Assembly (NCBI GenBank): GCA_965248265.1
Contig: CBDFJF010000002.1
Span: 3,744,001-3,808,000, forward strand
Direction of reading: 5' to 3'
DNA from: Candidatus Latescibacterota bacterium
GTDB taxonomy: Bacteria > Latescibacterota > UBA2968 > UBA8231
Length of the DNA: 64,000 nucleotides
Shown here: one piece after another, positions 38,122-48,859 of the stretch
How the letters are laid out: each line of letters begins with the position of its first letter
How positions within the stretch are numbered: the first letter of the stretch is position 1
The notes under the pieces: model-generated
Told to the model about the DNA's origin: nothing
What the model saw: the letters and a program-made list of their open reading frames with translations, nothing else
Databases searched by the model: none
Position numbers and translations under genes: made by a program

Positions 38122-39303
38122 TCACGAGATCTCGAATAGGCTGGCGATCCCCATACCGCCTCCGATGCAAAGAGCGGCGATACCAAACTGGACACCGCGG
38201 CGGCGCATTTCGTGTACCAGGGTAACGGCGACGCGAGCGCCACTGGCCCCGACCGGATGACCAAGCGCGATCGCACCACCGTTGACGTTGACCCGATCCT
38301 CGTCCCAATCCAGCTCGCGGCCGACGGCCAGCGTCTGCGCCGCGAAGGCTTCGTTCAACTCTATCAAGCCGACCTGGTCAAGGGTTATCCCCGTCTTGTC
38401 GAGCAGCCGACGAATGGCGTGGGCTGGCCCAATGCCCATCACCATGGGATCCACTCCAGCGATTGCCGTTGCCCTCACATGGGCGAAAGGATCCAACTGC
38501 GCTGCCTTGGCCGAGGCTTCCGATATGATCACGGCAACGGCGGCGGCATCGTTGATGCCGGAGGCGTTCCCAGCCGTCACGGTGCCATCTTTGTCGAATG
38601 CGGGCTTCAATTTCGCCAGGCTCTCCCTGTCCGCATCGGCTCGGGGATGTTCATCTGTGTCGAAGATGACGGGCTCGCCTTTTCTCTGAGGTACCTCCAC
38701 AGGCGCAATCTGTGACGTAAACGCGCCGCTTTCGAGAGCCCCGTGATAGTATTCCTGACTTCTGGCCGCGAAACGATCTTGCTCCTCCCGGTCGATGCTA
38801 TATTTCGCCGCAAGATTCTCCGCCGTCTTGCCCATGTGGCAATCGTAGAAGCAATCCCACAATCCATCCATCAACATGGTGTCGACGAGCTCACTATGGC
38901 CCATACGCTCCCCCCAGCGCGCCGACCTTGCCACGTAAGGCGCCGTACTCATGCTCTCCATGCCACCGGCAATGACGACTTCGGCGTCCCCGCATTGCAC
39001 GCTCTGAGCTGCGAGGGCGATCGACTTGAGCCCGGAACCGCAGAGCTTGTTGACTGTCATGGCGGGAACCTCGTAGGGCAGACCTCCCCGCACCGCCGCT
39101 TGTCTGGCTACGTTGGGTCCGGCGCCTCCCTGGTAGATGCACCCCATGATTACCTCGTCAACATCCAACGCAGGTAAACCAGTCTCCGCCAGCGTGGCGG
39201 CGATCACCGTCCCACCAAGCGTCGAAGCCTCCACTGACTTGAGCGTACCACCAAAACCTCCGATTGCGGTGCGTTTCGCGCCCACGACTACTGTCTCTAC
39301 CAT
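38122..39303 (-). CDS. Acetyl-CoA C-acetyltransferase (thiolase)
   Basis: RTAIGGFGG, NKLCGSGL, GGMESMS, NEAFAAQ, GGAIALGHPVGASG, CIGGGMG; true start ATG 39303. Confidence 0.95.
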   Translation of the reverse strand: MVETVVVGAKRTAIGGFGGTLKSVEASTLGGTVIAATLAETGLPALDVDEVIMGCIYQGGAGPNVARQAAVRGGLPYEVPAMTVNKLCGSGLKSIALAAQSVQCGDAEVVIAGGMESMSTAPYVARSARWGERMGHSELVDTMLMDGLWDCFYDCHMGKTAENLAAKYSIDREEQDRFAARSQEYYHGALESGAFTSQIAPVEVPQRKGEPVIFDTDEHPRADADRESLAKLKPAFDKDGTVTAGNASGINDAAAVAVIISEASAKAAQLDPFAHVRATAIAGVDPMVMGIGPAHAIRRLLDKTGITLDQVGLIELNEAFAAQTLAVGRELDWDEDRVNVNGGAIALGHPVGASGARVAVTLVHEMRRRGVQFGIAALCIGGGMGIASLFEIS

Positions 39304-39364
39304 GTCACCATCCTGAATCGCCCCGGGGTTGCCGGAGGCTCCATTTCTTGAGAGGATTGGAGTC

Positions 39365-40596
<1,232 letters not shown>

Positions 40597-40720
40597 CCGA
40601 GTCTCCGAAAAACCCGGGGCGATTCACCCTGTAGATTTTGCGTGCAGCAATTCCTGTTTACGCGGTGGTCGCTGTCAAGGAAGAGTCATCATCCTCATCA
40701 CCCTCTGCCCATTCACCAAA

Positions 40721-40749
40721 TTGACGACTCACCTCGTGCGCTCTATCTT
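40721..40749 (+). promoter_or_regulatory. Sigma70-type promoter for the small membrane protein (possibly also tRNA-Ala)
   Basis: TTGACG-17bp-TATCTT. Confidence 0.55.
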
Positions 40750-40785
40750 TGAAAATCACCTTCATTACCTACTCGGCAGGCGGTC

Positions 40786-41043
40786 ATGCCCTGGGCGAAG
40801 AGCAAGTCGTTCCTCGAGAAAACACAGCTGGGAAGCATCATTATGTACCTGGTCTGTCTGGGTGGGTACACGATTGAGGCCGTGGGTGAATTTTACGATT
40901 GGATCAGGGCTGATATTTTCGGATTTACCTTCTTTTCCCTGTTCATCGCTTCCACAATCCTCCTGCGCCTCGAAGAAGAGGATGAGGCCCCAGGCACAGA
41001 GGGTTCCAACGCCTCATCAGGCACGGCAGGCTCATCCGGTTAA
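40786..41043 (+). CDS. Small hypothetical membrane protein (2 TM, acidic tail)
   Basis: 85-aa ORF with two hydrophobic segments and an upstream promoter. Confidence 0.55.
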   Translation: MPWAKSKSFLEKTQLGSIIMYLVCLGGYTIEAVGEFYDWIRADIFGFTFFSLFIASTILLRLEEEDEAPGTEGSNASSGTAGSSG

Positions 41044-41096
41044 GTCAAGCGTCAGGCCTCCATTTACCCACCCACCTACCCGCCAAAGATATCCGT

Positions 41097-41172
41097 GGGG
41101 CAGTAGCTCAGTTGGGAGAGCGCGGGCTTTGCAAGCCCGAGGTCAGGGGTTCGATCCCCCTCTGCTCCACCA
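41097..41172 (+). tRNA. tRNA-Ala (TGC)
   Basis: GGGGCAG...CTGCTCC-A-CCA acceptor stem with G3:U70; anticodon arm CGGGC-TT-TGC-AA-GCCCG; GGTTCGATCC T-arm. Confidence 0.97.
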
Positions 41173-41231
41173 TACAATAATCTGTCACAGGAAATAATCG
41201 CAACATGGGATGGCTTTGTGTGTGCGTGTGT

Positions 41232-42545
41232 TCACCTGAAGCGAAAGCGTTGCGCCTTGAGCTTCGAGAACACGGCAAAATGAACACGCAAATCACCGTG
41301 CTCGCTGACGGCGAAGTCCAGTCTCGTCATGTCGACGACGGGCATCAGCAGTCGAATGCCAATCCCGGCTCCGGTAGCCACCCGGTTCCACTCCAGCTGC
41401 GACCGGCTGTTCCAGGCGAGGCCACTGTCGGCGAATAGGGCCCAGGCCAAACCAAGGTCTGCCGTCTGATTCAACAGTTCGTACTCGCGCACCGGCAACA
41501 GCGGACCCCGGAATTCGAACGTCGCCAACAGCTGATTTCGCCCTCTGAGGGTGCGGCCCAACTCACTGACTTCGAAACCGCGAATCGAATTGGCTCCCCC
41601 AAGGCGATAATCCATGTACTCGGGAACATTGTCCCTGCCGGCCTCTTGTTGCAGGGACAACAACCAACCCAACACGATGGTTCGATCGCGTCCAGCCGGT
41701 TGGAACCGGCGCACGTCGACATGCGTGGTCCAAAAATCCCCGTCGCCAGGCAACACACCGCCGGTCTGCGAGAACTCAATCTCGTTCTGCCAACCAACGT
41801 GCGGATTGCCCCAAGAGTCCCGCGTGTCGTACCCCAGACTCCCTCCCAGACGCACCAGATGGTCGCGATTTGACGTGGAGAGGGTGTGCCCTGGTAGATC
41901 AGCTTCCACCCGCATGTAGCTCATGCTCACGGCGGCCCGGCCATGATCTCCTACGTAGGACCCTATCCGTGGCGAAATTTCGTACGAGATTTCCTGAAAG
42001 CCGTCTAACTCGTTCTCTCGTTCGACCCGGGAAAGATCCAGATCAAATGAGACATGGTTGCCCGCTACCCACGGGGCGCTGAGATCGAGTAAGTACAAGG
42101 TGCGCCCACCGTACAGAAGGTACCCCGCGACGAAGACATCTCGCCCGAACATGTTCACGGATTTCAGTGCCGGACCGAGAGATAGCCCATCCTCATCGGT
42201 GATGTCATAGCTGATGTAGGGAACGGCAAACGGCAACTCGCGCAGCAGCAGGACAAGCTCGACACCCCCATCGCGAGCATAGCCGGTTACCTTGACTGAA
42301 CTGAAAATGTCGAGATTGTCGAGACGCTGAAGGTCAGCCGCAAAATCGCTCAGGCTCAACGGCCACCCAATTTCGGTGCGCAGTTCGCGCCGAATGACAT
42401 GGTCCTTGGTTATCCGGTTGCCTTCGAGCTCTATCCGGGCAACCCTCAGCCCCTCGAAGGCCTGCAAGTGGTGCAAGTCGGGACTGGCAGCTGCCTGGGT
42501 CATCAGCGCGATAAAACCTATCGACGACAGACGGATTGGCAACAT
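41232..42545 (-). CDS. Omp85 (BamA/TamA-like) outer-membrane protein with a single POTRA
   Basis: IELEGNRITKDHVIRREL...DLQRLDNLDIFSSV POTRA; YDTRD; LGGANSIRGF; GAGIGIR barrel motifs. Confidence 0.85.
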   Translation of the reverse strand: MLPIRLSSIGFIALMTQAAASPDLHHLQAFEGLRVARIELEGNRITKDHVIRRELRTEIGWPLSLSDFAADLQRLDNLDIFSSVKVTGYARDGGVELVLLLRELPFAVPYISYDITDEDGLSLGPALKSVNMFGRDVFVAGYLLYGGRTLYLLDLSAPWVAGNHVSFDLDLSRVERENELDGFQEISYEISPRIGSYVGDHGRAAVSMSYMRVEADLPGHTLSTSNRDHLVRLGGSLGYDTRDSWGNPHVGWQNEIEFSQTGGVLPGDGDFWTTHVDVRRFQPAGRDRTIVLGWLLSLQQEAGRDNVPEYMDYRLGGANSIRGFEVSELGRTLRGRNQLLATFEFRGPLLPVREYELLNQTADLGLAWALFADSGLAWNSRSQLEWNRVATGAGIGIRLLMPVVDMTRLDFAVSEHGDLRVHFAVFSKLKAQRFRFR

Positions 42546-42587
42546 TCCTCGGATCAAGGTGCTGGTAATCTCACACGACGGACCGCG

Positions 42588-43460
42588 TTACAACACATAC
42601 AGAATGAGCACACTGGTGAGGACCCAGAGTACGACGGTGACCTGCAGCGGCCGGTCATTCCAGATCACGACCGTCGGGCTCTCTCCGCCCTGCTGGCGAT
42701 AAACCACGTAGAGATATCGCAGGATTCCGTATAGAACGAAGGGGATCGTCCACTGCATGTCTCGAGACAGATTGGCGCCATCTTCTCCGACACCCATGGC
42801 GTACAAGGCATAACACACCAACGTCGCCGACGTCAGCACGGAAATCACCTGATCGAGATACGCTAAGCTGTATTGCTCCAGGCTCTCCCTGTGGGTACTC
42901 GCACCGTCGTCGAGTTTGACCAGCTCCTGCCTGCGTTTGACGGTCGCTAGAAAGAGAGCCAGGGTGAAGGAACACAGAATGAACCAGGTCGAGATGTAGA
43001 CATCGATAACGACTGCGCCGCCCATGGCACGAAGTAAAAAGCCGAAGGCGACGATGAGGACGTCGATGAGGACGAATCGCTTTAGCCAGCCGGAATAGAT
43101 GACGTTGAGGGCACAGTACAGGGCGACGACGTGACCGAGTCGCGGGGACGCCACATAGGAAGCCCCGATGCCGGCAGCAAACAGCAGAATTGAAACGATC
43201 GTCGCAACCGCTACCGGAATCCGACCAGCCGCCAGCGGCCTGGTGCGCTTTTGCGGATGCAGGCGATCTCTCTCAACATCCAGGATGTCGTTGAGCAGGT
43301 ACACCGCACAGCTAACCACCAGGAAACAACCAACGGCTATCAAGGTGGGGAGCAGGTACGACCATTCGAACAGATGCTTAGAGAAAACGAGAGCCGCCAA
43401 CACAAAGGCGTTCTTCACCCACTGGCGCGGCCGCATCGAGACGAGTATATCCAGAATCAT
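42588..43460 (-). CDS. UbiA-family decaprenyl-phosphate phosphoribosyltransferase-like protein
   Basis: MRPRQWVKN, YLLNDILDVERDRLHPQKRTRPLAAG, KRRQEL, TIPFVLYGILRY, GESPT. Confidence 0.88.
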   Translation of the reverse strand: MILDILVSMRPRQWVKNAFVLAALVFSKHLFEWSYLLPTLIAVGCFLVVSCAVYLLNDILDVERDRLHPQKRTRPLAAGRIPVAVATIVSILLFAAGIGASYVASPRLGHVVALYCALNVIYSGWLKRFVLIDVLIVAFGFLLRAMGGAVVIDVYISTWFILCSFTLALFLATVKRRQELVKLDDGASTHRESLEQYSLAYLDQVISVLTSATLVCYALYAMGVGEDGANLSRDMQWTIPFVLYGILRYLYVVYRQQGGESPTVVIWNDRPLQVTVVLWVLTSVLILYVL

Positions 43461-43541
43461 GTCAGGCGGATGAACGGAGTATGAGCTGCTTCAGGAACGG
43501 CACGCGGCGATGCGGAGGGAGGATCGCAGAGGGAGAACGCC

Positions 43542-44177
43542 TCAGAAATTGACTTCGGGGTCGTCGTATGGTCGATCTCCGCCTAACTGCTTGGCCTGAT
43601 CGAGGGCCGCTTCCAGCCGCGAAAGGAATTGATCGACAGTCTCCTTGAGGTTCCCGTCGCCGTCCTCCGTTGGAGCTCGGCTGACGACACCAAGGCTCAG
43701 AGTGATCGGCACATGGGTGCCGCCGCACTCGAACTGGGCGTTGAGGACGCGAGCCCTGAGAGTAAGACTTCTGCGTTTAGCTCGAGACGGATCGGCGTCA
43801 GGTATGATGAGGACGAAATTCGCACCGTCTATATGAACGACCTTTTCTCCCTCTTCGACATTTTCTTTCAGAAATTTCGCCACTTCCTTGACAATGTCGT
43901 CGCCACCCGCGCGGCCAAATTTTTTGTTGATCTCTCCAAGATTATCGGGCGCCAGCATAACGCACCCCAGATGCTCGTTCTCTTCATTGGCGTGACTTAC
44001 CGCCTGCGGCAACAAAGCAGTAGTGAAGTAGACCTTGTTCGGCAACCCGGTCAGCGAATCAGTTCCGGCGATGCGCATCCAGCGCCGGTTGTTCGCCTTG
44101 AGTTTCTGGTTTTCGTCCTTGAGACGGGCGATCTCGGTCTGCAACTTCGTTACGAGATCGTCATTTTCCGATGCCAT
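43542..44177 (-). CDS. Coiled-coil + degenerate GGDEF-domain protein
   Basis: DSLTGLPN, FGRAGGD, ITLSLGV, ALDQAKQLG retained; signature reads HIDGANF. Confidence 0.8.
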   Translation of the reverse strand: MASENDDLVTKLQTEIARLKDENQKLKANNRRWMRIAGTDSLTGLPNKVYFTTALLPQAVSHANEENEHLGCVMLAPDNLGEINKKFGRAGGDDIVKEVAKFLKENVEEGEKVVHIDGANFVLIIPDADPSRAKRRSLTLRARVLNAQFECGGTHVPITLSLGVVSRAPTEDGDGNLKETVDQFLSRLEAALDQAKQLGGDRPYDDPEVNF

Positions 44178-44318
44178 GTCTTGGCTCTGGCAGGAGAAGG
44201 GAGAGGGAATGGCGCTTGCCGATTCAATGTATACGGTATTAATTTTCGATTATTCATCGTGATCCCGCAAGTTTTCGCGGCCCGTCTCTGCCACCCTCTG
44301 TGAATTGGCTCTGATCGC

Positions 44319-44831
44319 GTGACAACCTTGATTATTGTCCTCGTGCTCGTTTCAGTGGCGATCCCCGCAGCGCTGGCCATCGCCCATTGGCGCCTGCAGA
44401 AGAGAGATCGAATCCAGTTACGACTGCACCGGGGACGCAGCCGGCTGCTCGGTGAGGAGATCGAGCAGCGTGCATCCGAACTCATCCGGTACGACGACGA
44501 GATGCTGGCTCCCGCCCGCTTCGATGCCGACCGGGCGTTGGATGAGTTGCATGTGGCCATGATGGACAGGCATGCCCACATCCTCAACAGCCAGGATCTG
44601 GCGCATCTGCAGCGTCACAAAATTGCCATCCAGGAGCACGCCTTGTCGCAGCTTCTTGCTCGGGAGATGTCGGACCAATCCGGCGCCGTTGGCGACGTCG
44701 CCGAGACGACTCAGCGTCACGAGGCAGCCGACGTCGAACCTCGGCGCGATCGCCAGGACCGTATAAACGGACTACTGAACAAGATCGCCGAGTCCTCCTC
44801 CAAGACTAAGCCCAAAGGCAGATCGAGGTAG
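44319..44831 (+). CDS. Hypothetical membrane-anchored helical protein
   Basis: N-terminal TM followed by helical/coiled-coil region; fills the gap between GGDEF and frr. Confidence 0.6.
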   Translation: MTTLIIVLVLVSVAIPAALAIAHWRLQKRDRIQLRLHRGRSRLLGEEIEQRASELIRYDDEMLAPARFDADRALDELHVAMMDRHAHILNSQDLAHLQRHKIAIQEHALSQLLAREMSDQSGAVGDVAETTQRHEAADVEPRRDRQDRINGLLNKIAESSSKTKPKGRSR

Positions 44832-44845
44832 TTGAGGGTAGGCAC

Positions 44846-44879
44846 AAAAAAACCAACCGAACCCACAGCTTCCGGTTGG
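44846..44879 (-). terminator. Intrinsic terminator after frr
   Basis: ccaaccggaa-gctgtggg-ttcggttgg followed by TTTTTTT on the minus strand. Confidence 0.75.
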
Positions 44880-44913
44880 AATGACCTCTCCCCCACCACA
44901 CCTGCTCCAGAAT

Positions 44914-45474
44914 TCAGACTTCCATTATCTCCTTCTCTTTGTGTGTGCTGATGTCGTCAACCTGGGCGATAAACTCATCGGTCGTTTTTTGAATATGATC
45001 GTGCGCATGCCGGGCGTCATCTTCCGAGATTTCGCCCTCCTTTTTCGCCTCGTCGACAAAATCCAGCCCGTCCCGCCTGGCCTGCCGCACTGAGACCTTG
45101 GCGTCTTCCGAGCGGTGGCGAGCGACTTTCGTCAACTCCCGGCGACGTTCCTCCGTCAACTCCGGAATCGGGAGGCGTATGATACTGCCGTCATTCGAAG
45201 GATTGAGACCCAGACTGGCGTCAGCGATAACGGCCTTTTCTATGTCGGCAATCAGCCCCTGTTCGTACGGCTTGATAACAATCAAACGCGCCTCGGGGAC
45301 AGAAACCGTCGCCAGCTGATTGAGTGGAGTTGGTGTTCCGTAGTAGTCGACACGGATACCGTCCAGGAGCGTAGCGGAAGCTCGACCTGTGCGTATGCCA
45401 GACAGATCGCGACGCATTGCATCCAGCGCCCGCGTCATAGCCTCTTTGACTTCCTCGAAGATCTCCTCAAGCAA
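44914..45474 (-). CDS. frr: Ribosome recycling factor
   Basis: IRTGRAS, VDYYGTPTPLNQLA, LTEERRREL, KEKEIMEV. Confidence 0.97.
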   Translation of the reverse strand: MLEEIFEEVKEAMTRALDAMRRDLSGIRTGRASATLLDGIRVDYYGTPTPLNQLATVSVPEARLIVIKPYEQGLIADIEKAVIADASLGLNPSNDGSIIRLPIPELTEERRRELTKVARHRSEDAKVSVRQARRDGLDFVDEAKKEGEISEDDARHAHDHIQKTTDEFIAQVDDISTHKEKEIMEV

Positions 45475-45492
45475 GGATCTGTCTCCGCGAAA

Positions 45493-46095
45493 TCAGTCGC
45501 GCTCTCCCAAGCGAAAGCAGGCAAACCGACTTATCGAGATTTTCTCTCCGACCTTGGCTGTCATCTCGGTGACGAGTTCCTCGATCGTCTGATCCGGATT
45601 CTTGACGAAGGCCTGCTCCATCAGGCATACATCCTGAAAGTACTTGTCCAGACGCCCCTGGACAATTTTCTCGGCTATGTGATCAGGCTTGCCCTCATTG
45701 TTGGCCTGCTCCAGATAGATCGAACGCTCACGTTCGATGGCCTCTGCGTCGAGATCATCGCGGCTGACGGCGACCGGACGCTCCGCAGCGATGTGCATGG
45801 CTACATCCTTGGCCATCTCTTGAAAATCATCGGTGCGCGCGACAAAGTCGGTTTCACAGTTAACCTCGATCAATACCCCGAGGCGACTACCGGCATGGAT
45901 GTAAGAGCTGATCACCCCTTCCTTGGCATCGCGCCCGGCACGCTTTTCGACGGCGGCCATCCCCTGCTTGCGCAGATAATCGACGGCTTGTTCCATGTCG
46001 CCGTCTGTTTCCTTCAGGGCTTTCTTACAGTCCATCATGCCGATCCCGGTTCGCTCCCTGAGATCGCGAACCGCGGCTGCCGTTATTTCAACCAT
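45493..46095 (-). CDS. tsf: Elongation factor Ts (short form)
   Basis: LRERTGIGMMDCKKAL, EVNCETDFVA, RFACFRLGE. Confidence 0.97.
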   Translation of the reverse strand: MVEITAAAVRDLRERTGIGMMDCKKALKETDGDMEQAVDYLRKQGMAAVEKRAGRDAKEGVISSYIHAGSRLGVLIEVNCETDFVARTDDFQEMAKDVAMHIAAERPVAVSRDDLDAEAIERERSIYLEQANNEGKPDHIAEKIVQGRLDKYFQDVCLMEQAFVKNPDQTIEELVTEMTAKVGEKISISRFACFRLGERD

Positions 46096-46107
46096 CTCCC
46101 CTTCCGC

Positions 46108-46923
46108 CTAATTCTGTGTTGTTTCGGTGGGCACTGCTGCCGACGCCACAGCTTCCGCCGCCGCGGGAGCTGCCACCGGAGCGGCTTCCGCTCCCGGGGC
46201 ACCGACTTGCTCGTCGTCTAATTCTCCAAGCTGCTTTTCGGCTGCAGCACCACCCTCGATGACCGCATCTGCAACCAATTTCGTCATCAATTCGATGGAG
46301 CGAATCGCATCGTCGTTTCCTGGAATCGGATAGGTAACCAAGTCGGGGTCACAATTGGTGTCAACGAGCGCGACGGATGCCACACCCAACTTGCTCGCCT
46401 CGGCAATCGCCAGATGCTCCTTCTTGATGTCGACAATGTAGATCAGCCCGGGAAGAGTCGTCATCTTGCGAATGCCACCCAACACCCGATTCATCCGGGC
46501 TCGCTCCTTTTCCAGGAGCAGGACTTCCTTCTTCTTGAGCTTCTCGTAGGTACCATCCGTGGCGATGGTATCCAGGTGATCGAGGTGGCGGATGTTCTGG
46601 CGGATGGTCTGCCAGTTAGTCAACATCCCTCCCAGCCAGCGTTCAGTCACGTAATACTGACCGCAGCGCTCGGCCTCCGATTTGACGAGCTCGACCGCCT
46701 GCTTCTTCGTGCCCACGAACAGAACCGATTTGCCTGCTCGCACAGTATCGGTGACGACCTGCCGGGCCGCTTCCATCTCCTTCATCGTCTTTTGCAGATC
46801 GATGATGTGGATCCCGTTGCGCTCCGCGAAGATGTATGGTCTCATCTTCGGATTCCATCTGCTGGTCTGGTGCCCGAAGTGGGTACCGGCCTCGAGTAGA
46901 TCGCTTACTGCGATTTCCGCCAT
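46108..46923 (-). CDS. rpsB: 30S ribosomal protein S2
   Basis: [37 protein letters not shown]. Confidence 0.98.
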   Translation of the reverse strand: MAEIAVSDLLEAGTHFGHQTSRWNPKMRPYIFAERNGIHIIDLQKTMKEMEAARQVVTDTVRAGKSVLFVGTKKQAVELVKSEAERCGQYYVTERWLGGMLTNWQTIRQNIRHLDHLDTIATDGTYEKLKKKEVLLLEKERARMNRVLGGIRKMTTLPGLIYIVDIKKEHLAIAEASKLGVASVALVDTNCDPDLVTYPIPGNDDAIRSIELMTKLVADAVIEGGAAAEKQLGELDDEQVGAPGAEAAPVAAPAAAEAVASAAVPTETTQN

Positions 46924-47050
46924 TCTTTAGGTGCTCCTGTGACCGTTGCGGTTCGTCCTCCGCCCATGGCTTGTCTCCCCACGCGAATCCAAGCCTAATT
47001 GCCGTCGGCAACTACGCCGGACACCGCCGCGTGCGTCCAAAGGGCGTGTG
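46924..47050 (-). promoter_or_regulatory. rpsB leader (t44/S2 autoregulatory-like structured RNA)
   Basis: Leader begins CACACGCCC and contains GGGCGGAGG plus hairpins, matching the position and layout of S2 leaders. Confidence 0.5.
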
Positions 47051-47100
47051 AAATCGCCGAGGGTGTTCCTGCGAACCTCGGCGTCGGATACTAACTAGCA

Positions 47101-47132
47101 CAATCGGCTCCGATGCAACCTGGAGCCGATTG
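47101..47132. terminator. Stem-loop downstream of rpsI
   Basis: caatcggctcc-N10-ggagccgattg; no clear U-tract. Confidence 0.5.
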
Positions 47133-47157
47133 TAGTGTGCTTGAAATCTACGTAGCG

Positions 47158-47550
47158 TCAGCGCTTAGAAAACTGGAAGCGCTTCCGGGCGCCGGCCAGA
47201 CCGTATTTCTTGCGCTCCTTCTCTCGCGGATCGCGGGTCAAAAAGCCGGCCTTTTTCAATGTCGTGCGCACTGTTGGATCGTATAACACCAGAGCTCGGG
47301 CAATGCCAAGACAAGCTGCACCGGCCTGACCACGCAAGCCTCCGCCACGAGTACTGATGTCGATGTCGAACCGCTCGGCCGATTCGGTCAGCTGCAGCGG
47401 TTGCATGATGACCATCTCGAGCGAATCTCTGCGTACGTACTCCTTCAGAGTGCGCCCGTTGACTATGATCTCACCGGCACCCGGCGTCATGCGCACGCGC
47501 GCCACGGAAGTCTTTCGGCGGCCCGTAGCTTCGAATCTTTCAGCTGGCAT
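47158..47550 (-). CDS. rpsI: 30S ribosomal protein S9
   Basis: [40 protein letters not shown]. Confidence 0.98.
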   Translation of the reverse strand: MPAERFEATGRRKTSVARVRMTPGAGEIIVNGRTLKEYVRRDSLEMVIMQPLQLTESAERFDIDISTRGGGLRGQAGAACLGIARALVLYDPTVRTTLKKAGFLTRDPREKERKKYGLAGARKRFQFSKR

Positions 47551-47609
47551 AAGTAAATGCTCTTAGGGTTTCGCGATTGGTTTTACGATCATGAGAATGT
47601 AGCTCGTAC

Positions 47610-48050
47610 TCACAGATCCAGAGCCTGTGGTTGCTGCGCCGAATGACGATGATCCGCACCGGCATACACCTTGAGCTTCTTCAGCATCCTGCGACCAAGA
47701 GCATTGTGCGGCAACATGCCCCAGACTGCTTTCTTCAGTACCCTGTCCGGATGTTCTTTAATCATGCGACTGAACGGCGTGCTCTTGATTCCACCCGGAT
47801 AACCGGTATGACGGTAATAGACCTTCTGCTCGGCTTTCTTGCCCGTAACACGCACACGCTGCGCATTGATGACGATGACGTGGTCACCCATATCCAAATG
47901 GGGGGTGTAGACCGGCTTGTGCTTCCCCTTCAATACTCGTGCGATTTCAGTGGCAAGACGCCCCAGCACCTTGTCATCAGCATCGACGAGGAACCACTGG
48001 CGGTCGATATCCTTACCTGAAGGAGAATATGTTTTCTGCGATTCACTCAT
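47610..48050 (-). CDS. rplM: 50S ribosomal protein L13
   Basis: [35 protein letters not shown]. Confidence 0.98.
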   Translation of the reverse strand: MSESQKTYSPSGKDIDRQWFLVDADDKVLGRLATEIARVLKGKHKPVYTPHLDMGDHVIVINAQRVRVTGKKAEQKVYYRHTGYPGGIKSTPFSRMIKEHPDRVLKKAVWGMLPHNALGRRMLKKLKVYAGADHRHSAQQPQALDL

Positions 48051-48185
48051 CGACTTTCATCAACCCGTCTGGTTCATTCTGCTGGTTCATTCTGATTGTT
48101 CCTTCGGCGCTACGACCAACCGGCCGAACAAGCTAGCTCTGTAAAAATGGCGAAGCGCTAAAACTAAGTGCTGCAGATACTAAGG

Positions 48186-48797
48186 TCAAGACCGGCGCTG
48201 GCGCCATCCCCGTAACACCAGGCCCAACAGCACCACAATCACGATTCCAACCGCCACCTGATTGTACTGCCCCAAGACCTCGATCACCGACTCCCAATTC
48301 TTGCCCACAAGCATCCCTGCATACAACAGGGCTCCATTCCACAGGGCCATGCTGATGCCTCCCAGCAGGGCCACTCGCGACCATGACAGGTTCCCCAAAC
48401 CTGCCGCCAGAGCGATCACCGAGCGCACGCCACTCAAGAACCGGTTGGCCAGGATCAACCAAGAGCCATAGCGTTCGAGCCAGGCCTCGGCTCTGCCCAG
48501 TTGCTCCTGGCCAAACAGGCGGTTACCGGAGCGTCCAACCAACGCCCTTCCCCCAGTCCGACCGATGTGATACATCAGCATGAAACCGGCCGTTCCTCCG
48601 ACGCACGTGGCCCCATAGACAGGGGCCCAGTGAAGGAGCCCCCGTCCCACGAGATAGGCGCTGAAGACGACGACGGTATCTCCGGGAACCGGCGGAATCA
48701 CATTCTCGAGGAACGCACTCAAAGCCACGGCCAGGTACCCCCACAGTGGATCCCAATGGGAGACTTCCTCGACCAGGCCGCTCACCCAATCCTGCAT
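48186..48797 (-). CDS. DedA/VTT family membrane protein
   Basis: FLENVIPPVPGD, LANRFLSGVRSVIALAAG. Confidence 0.9.
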   Translation of the reverse strand: MQDWVSGLVEEVSHWDPLWGYLAVALSAFLENVIPPVPGDTVVVFSAYLVGRGLLHWAPVYGATCVGGTAGFMLMYHIGRTGGRALVGRSGNRLFGQEQLGRAEAWLERYGSWLILANRFLSGVRSVIALAAGLGNLSWSRVALLGGISMALWNGALLYAGMLVGKNWESVIEVLGQYNQVAVGIVIVVLLGLVLRGWRQRRS

Positions 48798-48820
48798 GCA
48801 GGCGCCCTCATTCTATTCGC

Positions 48821-48859
48821 CCGCTTCAGCGATCCGCTTCAGCGATCCGCTTCAGCGGT
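48821..48859. repeat. 3 x 13-bp tandem repeat between ispDF and dedA
   Basis: ccgcttcagcgat x2 + ccgcttcagcggt. Confidence 0.9.
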
